Position numbers and translations under genes: made by a program | DNA from: a virus | Lineage: Duplodnaviria; Heunggongvirae; Uroviricota; Caudoviricetes | Length of the DNA: 15,832 nucleotides | Reading direction: 5' to 3' (one strand) | IMG/VR virus record: IMGVR_UViG_2734482542_000002 | Shown: one piece after another, positions 11,239-15,832 of the stretch | Numbering within the stretch: the stretch's first letter is position 1 | Layout: each line of letters begins with the position of its first letter | The notes under the pieces: model-generated | The model's input: the letters and a program-made list of their open reading frames with translations, nothing else | Databases searched by the model: none | Told to the model about the DNA's origin: nothing

Positions 11239-11654
11239 GTTTTGCCCTGAAACTGGCGCGTGAGATGGGGCGACCCGACTGGCGCGCCATGCTTGCCGGG
11301 ATGTCATCCACGGAGTATGCCGACTGGCACCGCTTTTACAGTACCCATTATTTTCATGATGTTCTGCTGGATATGCACTTTTCCGGGCTGACGTACACCG
11401 TGCTCAGCCTGTTTTTCAGCGATCCGGAGATGCATCCGCTGGATTTCAGTCTGCTGAACCGGCGCGAGGCTGACGAAGAGCCTGAAGATGATGTGCTGAT
11501 GCAGAAAGCGGCAGGGCTTGCCGGAGGTGTCCGCTTTGGCCCGGACGGGAATGAAGTTATCCCCGCTTCCCCGGATGTGGCGGACATGACGGAGGATGAC
11601 GTAATGCTGATGACAGTATCAGAAGGGATCGCAGGAGGAGTCCGGTATGGCTGA
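10816..11654 (+). CDS. T: Tail assembly chaperone gpGT, made by programmed -1 ribosomal frameshift from G into the T frame
   Basis: Slippery heptamer GGGAAAG at 11214-11220 near the 3' end of G. The -1 frame is open from there to the stop at 11654 and encodes the lambda T segment (FDGELSFALKLAREMGRPDWRAMLAGMSSTEYADWHRFY). T has no independent start. Confidence 0.85.
11214..11220 (+). other. Programmed -1 frameshift slippery site (G GGA AAG)
   Basis: Heptamer identical to the characterised lambda G-T slippery sequence, placed a few codons before the G stop. Confidence 0.85.
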
Positions 11655-14208
11655 ACCGGTAGGCGATCTGGTCGTTGATTTGAGTCTGGATGCGGCCAGA
11701 TTTGACGAGCAGATGGCCAGAGTCAGGCGTCATTTTTCCGGTACGGAAAGTGATGCGAAAAAAACAGCGGCAGTCGTTGAACAGTCGCTGAGCCGACAGG
11801 CGCTGGCTGCACAGAAAGCGGGGATTTCCGTCGGGCAGTATAAAGCCGCCATGCGTATGCTGCCTGCACAGTTCACCGACGTGGCCACGCAGCTTGCAGG
11901 GGGGCAGAATCCCTGGCTGATCCTGCTGCAACAGGGTGGTCAGGTTAAGGACTCCTTCGGCGGGATGATCCCCATGTTCAGGGGGCTTGCCGGCGCGATC
12001 ACCCTGCCGATGGTGGGGGCCACCTCGCTGGCGGTGGCGACCGGTGCGCTGGCGTATGCCTGGTATCAGGGCAACTCAACCCTGTCCGATTTCAACAAAA
12101 CGCTGGTCCTTTCCGGTAATCAGGCGGGACTGACGGCAGATCGTATGCTGGTCCTGTCCAGAGCCGGGCAGGCGGCAGGGCTGACGTTTAACCAGACCAG
12201 CGAGTCACTCAGCGCACTGGTTAAGGCGGGGGTAAGCGGTGAGGCTCAGATTGCGTCCATCAGCCAGAGTGTGGCGCGTTTCTCCTATGCATCCGGCGTG
12301 GAGGTGGACAAGGTCGCTGAAGCCTTCGGGAAGCTGACCACAGACCCGACGTCGGGGCTGACGGCGATGGCACGCCAGTTCCATAACGTGACGGCGGAGC
12401 AGATTGCGTATGTTGCTCAGTTGCAGCGTTCCGGCGATGAAGCCGGGGCATTGCAGGCGGCGAACGAGGCCGCAACGAAAGGGTTTGATGACCAGACCCG
12501 CCGCCTGAAAGAGAACATGGGCACGCTGGAGACCTGGGCAGACAGGACTGCACGTGCATTCAAATCCATGTGGGATGCGGTGCTGGATATTGGTCGTCCT
12601 GATACCGCGCAGGAGATGCTGATTAAGGCAGAGGCTGCGTTTAAGAAAGCAGACGACATCTGGAATCTGCGCAAGGATGATTATTTCGTTAACGATGAAG
12701 CACGGGCGCGTTACTGGGATGATCGTGAAAAAAAACGCCTGGAGCGGGATGCAGCCCAAAAGAGGGTAGATCAACAGCGTCAACAGGACAAAAATGCGCA
12801 GCAGCAGAGCGATACCGAAGCGTCACGGCTGAAATATACCGAAGAGGCGCAGAAGGCTTACGAACGGCTGCAGACGCCGCTGGAGAAATATACCGCCCGT
12901 CAGGAAGAACTGAACAAGGCACTGAAAGACGGAAAAATCCTGCAGGCAGATTACAACACGCTGATGGCGGCGGCGAAAAAGGATTATGAAGCGACGCTGA
13001 AAAAGCCGAAACAGTCCGGCGTGAAGGTGTATGCGGGCGATCGTCAGGAAGACAGTGCTCATGCGGCCCTGCTGACGCTTCAGGCAGAACTCCGGACGCT
13101 GGAGAAGCATGCCGGAGCGAATGAGAAAATCAGCCAGCAGCGCCGGGATTTGTGGAAGGCAGAAAGTCAGTTCGCGGTACTGGAGGAGGCGGCACAACGT
13201 CGCCAGCTGTCCGCACAGGAGAAATCCCTGCTGGCGCATAAAGACGAGACGCTGGAGTACAAACGCCAGCTGGCTGCACTTGGTGACAAGGTTACGTATC
13301 AGGAGCACCTGAATGCGCTGGCGCAGCAGGCGGATAAATTCGCACAGCAGCAACGGGCAAAACGGGCAGCCATTGATGCGAAAAACCGGGGGCTGACTGA
13401 CCGGCAGGCAGCGCGGGAAGCCACGGAACAGCGCCTGAAGGAACAGTATGGCGATAATCCTCTGGCGCTGAATAACGTCATGTCAGAGCAGAAAAAGACC
13501 TGGGCGGCTGAAGACCAGCTTCGCGGGAGCTGGATGGCAGGCCTGAAGTCCGGCTGGAGTGAGTGGGAAGAGAGCGCCACGGACAGTATGTCACAGGTTA
13601 AAAGTGCAGCCACGCAGACCTTTGATGGTATTGCACAGAATATGGCGGCGATGCTGACCGGCAGTGAACAGAACTGGCGCAGCTTCACCCGCTCCGTGCT
13701 GTCCATGATGACAGAAATTCTGCTTAAGCAGGCAATGGTGGGGATTGTCGGGAGTATCGGCAGCGCCATTGGCGGGGCTGTTGGTGGCGGCGCATCCGCG
13801 TCAGGTGGTACAGCCATTCAGGCCGCTGCGGTGAAATTCCATTTTGCAACCGGGGGATTTACGGGAACCGGCGGCAAATATGAGCCAGCGGGGATTGTTC
13901 ACCGTGGTGAATTTGTCTTCACGAAGGAGGCAACCAGCCGGATTGGCGTGGGGAATCTCTACCGGCTGATGCGCGGCTATGCGGAAGGTGGTTATGTGGG
14001 CGGTGCCGGAAGTCCGGCGCAGATGCGGCGGGCTGAAGGCATTAATTTTAATCAGAACAATCACGTGGTGATTCAGAACGACGGTACGAATGGTCTGCCA
14101 GGTCCACAGATGATGAAGGCCGTGTATGACATGGCCCGCAAGGGTGCCCGTGATGAAATTCAGACACAGATGCGTGATGGTGGCCTGTTCTCCGGAGGTG
14201 GACGATGA
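11647..14208 (+). CDS. H: Tail length tape measure protein gpH
   Basis: 853 aa starting MAEPVGDLVVDLSLDAARFDEQMARVRRHF, with long helical/charged central region and Gly-rich C-terminal part, matching lambda H. Overlaps T end and M start. Confidence 0.97.
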   Translation: MAEPVGDLVVDLSLDAARFDEQMARVRRHFSGTESDAKKTAAVVEQSLSRQALAAQKAGISVGQYKAAMRMLPAQFTDVATQLAGGQNPWLILLQQGGQVKDSFGGMIPMFRGLAGAITLPMVGATSLAVATGALAYAWYQGNSTLSDFNKTLVLSGNQAGLTADRMLVLSRAGQAAGLTFNQTSESLSALVKAGVSGEAQIASISQSVARFSYASGVEVDKVAEAFGKLTTDPTSGLTAMARQFHNVTAEQIAYVAQLQRSGDEAGALQAANEAATKGFDDQTRRLKENMGTLETWADRTARAFKSMWDAVLDIGRPDTAQEMLIKAEAAFKKADDIWNLRKDDYFVNDEARARYWDDREKKRLERDAAQKRVDQQRQQDKNAQQQSDTEASRLKYTEEAQKAYERLQTPLEKYTARQEELNKALKDGKILQADYNTLMAAAKKDYEATLKKPKQSGVKVYAGDRQEDSAHAALLTLQAELRTLEKHAGANEKISQQRRDLWKAESQFAVLEEAAQRRQLSAQEKSLLAHKDETLEYKRQLAALGDKVTYQEHLNALAQQADKFAQQQRAKRAAIDAKNRGLTDRQAAREATEQRLKEQYGDNPLALNNVMSEQKKTWAAEDQLRGSWMAGLKSGWSEWEESATDSMSQVKSAATQTFDGIAQNMAAMLTGSEQNWRSFTRSVLSMMTEILLKQAMVGIVGSIGSAIGGAVGGGASASGGTAIQAAAVKFHFATGGFTGTGGKYEPAGIVHRGEFVFTKEATSRIGVGNLYRLMRGYAEGGYVGGAGSPAQMRRAEGINFNQNNHVVIQNDGTNGLPGPQMMKAVYDMARKGARDEIQTQMRDGGLFSGGGR

Positions 14209-14534
14209 AAACCTTCCGCTGGAAAGTGAAACCCGGTATGGATGTGGCTTCGGCCCCTTCTGTAAGAAAGGTGCGCTTTGGTGATGGCTATTCCCAGCGA
14301 GCGCCTGCCGGGCTGAATGCCAACCTGAAAACGTACAGCGTGACGCTTTCTGTCCCCCGTGAGGAGGCCATGGTACTGGAGTCGTTTCTGGAAGAGCACG
14401 GGGGCTGGAAAGCCTTTCTGTGGACGCCGCCTTATGAGTGGCGGCAGATAAAGGTGACCTGCGCAAAATGGTCGTCGCGGGTCAGTATGCTGCGTGTTGA
14501 GTTCAGCGCAGAGTTTGAACAGGTGGTGAACTGA
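14205..14534 (+). CDS. M: Minor tail (tail tip) protein gpM
   Basis: 109 aa starting MKTFRWKVKPGMDVASAPSVRKVRFGDGYSQRAPAGLNANLKTY, matching lambda M. ATGA overlap with H. Confidence 0.96.
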   Translation: MKTFRWKVKPGMDVASAPSVRKVRFGDGYSQRAPAGLNANLKTYSVTLSVPREEAMVLESFLEEHGGWKAFLWTPPYEWRQIKVTCAKWSSRVSMLRVEFSAEFEQVVN

Positions 14535-15121
14535 TGCAGGATATCCGGCAGGAAACACTGAATGAATGCACCCGTGCGGAGCAGTCGGCCAGCGTGGTGC
14601 TCTGGGAAATCGATCTGACAGAGGTCGGTGGAGAACGTTATTTTTTCTGTAATGAGCAGAACGAAAAAGGTGAGCCGGTCACCTGGCAGGGGCGACAGTA
14701 TCAGCCGTATCCCATTCAGGGGAGTGGTTTTGAACTGAATGGCAAAGGCACCAGTACGCGCCCCACGCTGATGGTTTCTAACCTGTACGGTATGGTCACC
14801 GGGATGGCGGAAGATCTACAGAGTCTGGTCGGCGGAACGGTGGTCCGGCGTAAGGTTTACGCCCGTTTTCTGGATGCGGTGAACTTCGTCAACGGAAACA
14901 GTGACGCCGATCCGGAGCAGGAGGTGATCAGCCGCTGGCGCATTGAGCAGTGCAGCGAACTGAGCGCGGTGAGTGCCTCTTTTGTACTGTCCACGCCGAC
15001 GGAAACAGATGGCGCTGTTTTTCCGGGACGTATCATGCTGGCCAACACCTGCACCTGGACCTATCGCGGCGATGAGTGCGGTTATCACGGTCCGGCGGTC
15101 GCGGATGAATATGACCAGCCA
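14534..15121 (+). CDS. L: Minor tail (tail tip) protein gpL, 3' end lost in assembly gap
   Basis: Starts MQDIRQETLNECTRAEQSASVVLWEIDLTEVGGERYFFCNEQNEKGEPVTWQ, matching lambda L. The last visible residues (ANTCTWTYRGDECGYHGPAVADEYDQP) include the cysteine-containing segment; the frame runs into the N-run. One-base overlap with the M stop (TGATG). Confidence 0.93.
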
Positions 15122-15387
15122 NNNNNNNNNNNNNNNNNNNNNNNNNNNNNNNNNNNNNNNNNNNNNNNNNNNNNNNNNNNNNNNNNNNNNNNNNNNNNNN
15201 NNNNNNNNNNNNNNNNNNNNNNNNNNNNNNNNNNNNNNNNNNNNNNNNNNNNNNNNNNNNNNNNNNNNNNNNNNNNNNNNNNNNNNNNNNNNNNNNNNNN
15301 NNNNNNNNNNNNNNNNNNNNNNNNNNNNNNNNNNNNNNNNNNNNNNNNNNNNNNNNNNNNNNNNNNNNNNNNNNNNNNNNNNNNNNN
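15122..15387. other. Assembly gap (266 N)
   Basis: Run of n characters; removes the L 3' end, the L-K intergenic region and the K 5' end. Confidence 0.99.
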
Positions 15388-15832
15388 CCGGAGGCGTATT
15401 TCCGTATGTCGCCGGAAGACTGGCTGCAGGCAGAGATGCAGGGTGAGATTGTGGCACTGGTCCACAGCCACCCCGGTGGTCTGCCCTGGCTGAGTGAGGC
15501 CGACCGGCGGCTGCAGGTGCAGAGTGATTTGCCGTGGTGGCTGGTCTGCCGGGGGGCGATTCACAAGTTCCGCTGTGTGCCACATCTTACCGGGCGGCGC
15601 TTTGAGCACGGGGTGACGGACTGTTACACGCTGTTCCGGGATGCTTACCATCTGGCGGGGATTGAGATGCCGGATTTTCATCGTGAGGATGACTGGTGGC
15701 GTCACGGTCAGAATCTCTATCTGGATAATCTGGAGGCCACAGGGCTGTATCAGGTGCCGTTGTCAGCGGCGCAGCCGGGCGATGTGCTGCTGTGCTGTTT
15801 TGGTTCATCGGTGCCGAATCATGCCGCCATTT
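15388..15832 (+). CDS. K: Tail tip assembly protein gpK (JAMM/MPN plus NlpC/P60-type domains), partial at both ends
   Basis: Open frame from the gap to the window end: PEAYFRMSPEDWLQAEMQGEIVALVHSHPGGLPWLSEADRR...GVTDCYTLFRDAYHLAGIEMPDF...PGDVLLCCFGSSVPNHAAI. Contains a JAMM-type H-x-H-x7-S-x2-D motif and a Cys-containing NlpC/P60-like segment; matches lambda K as I recall it. Absent from the ORF track because it has no stop in the window. Confidence 0.9.

Noticed and set aside
11220-11654. T as a stand-alone 144-aa gene starting at GTG 11220
   Set aside because: In lambda the T segment is expressed only as the gpGT frameshift fusion; the same slippery site is present here, so it is annotated as part of G-T.
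12205-14466. Series of long minus-strand ORFs (12205-12783, 12823-13353, 13299-13817, 13801-14466)
   Set aside because: All antisense to the tape measure gene H and to M; Arg/Cys/Leu/Ser-rich translations are characteristic of non-coding reverse frames.

Overview
The window is the left arm of a phage-lambda-like (lambdoid) prophage, almost certainly from an enterobacterial host. From about position 1070 onward it is collinear with lambda: cosQ/cosN/cosB, then the late morphogenesis operon on the + strand (Nu1, A, W, B, C/Nu3, D, E, FI, FII, Z, U, V, G, G-T frameshift product, H, M, L, K). Two N-runs (6628-6849 and 15122-15387) are assembly gaps that truncate C/Nu3 and L/K. The only accessory-looking part is the first ~1.07 kb, immediately upstream of cos. 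There a divergently oriented, visibly AT-rich two-gene module on the minus strand encodes a 77-aa ribbon-helix-helix-like protein followed by a 136-141 aa protein with no motif I can recognise. This sits at the classic lysis-to-cos moron position and is the best candidate for something undescribed. I also note a 6-nt block difference in the cosN 12-mer relative to canonical lambda. Identifications rest on reading the supplied translations against my memory of lambda proteins; no database search or computation was run.
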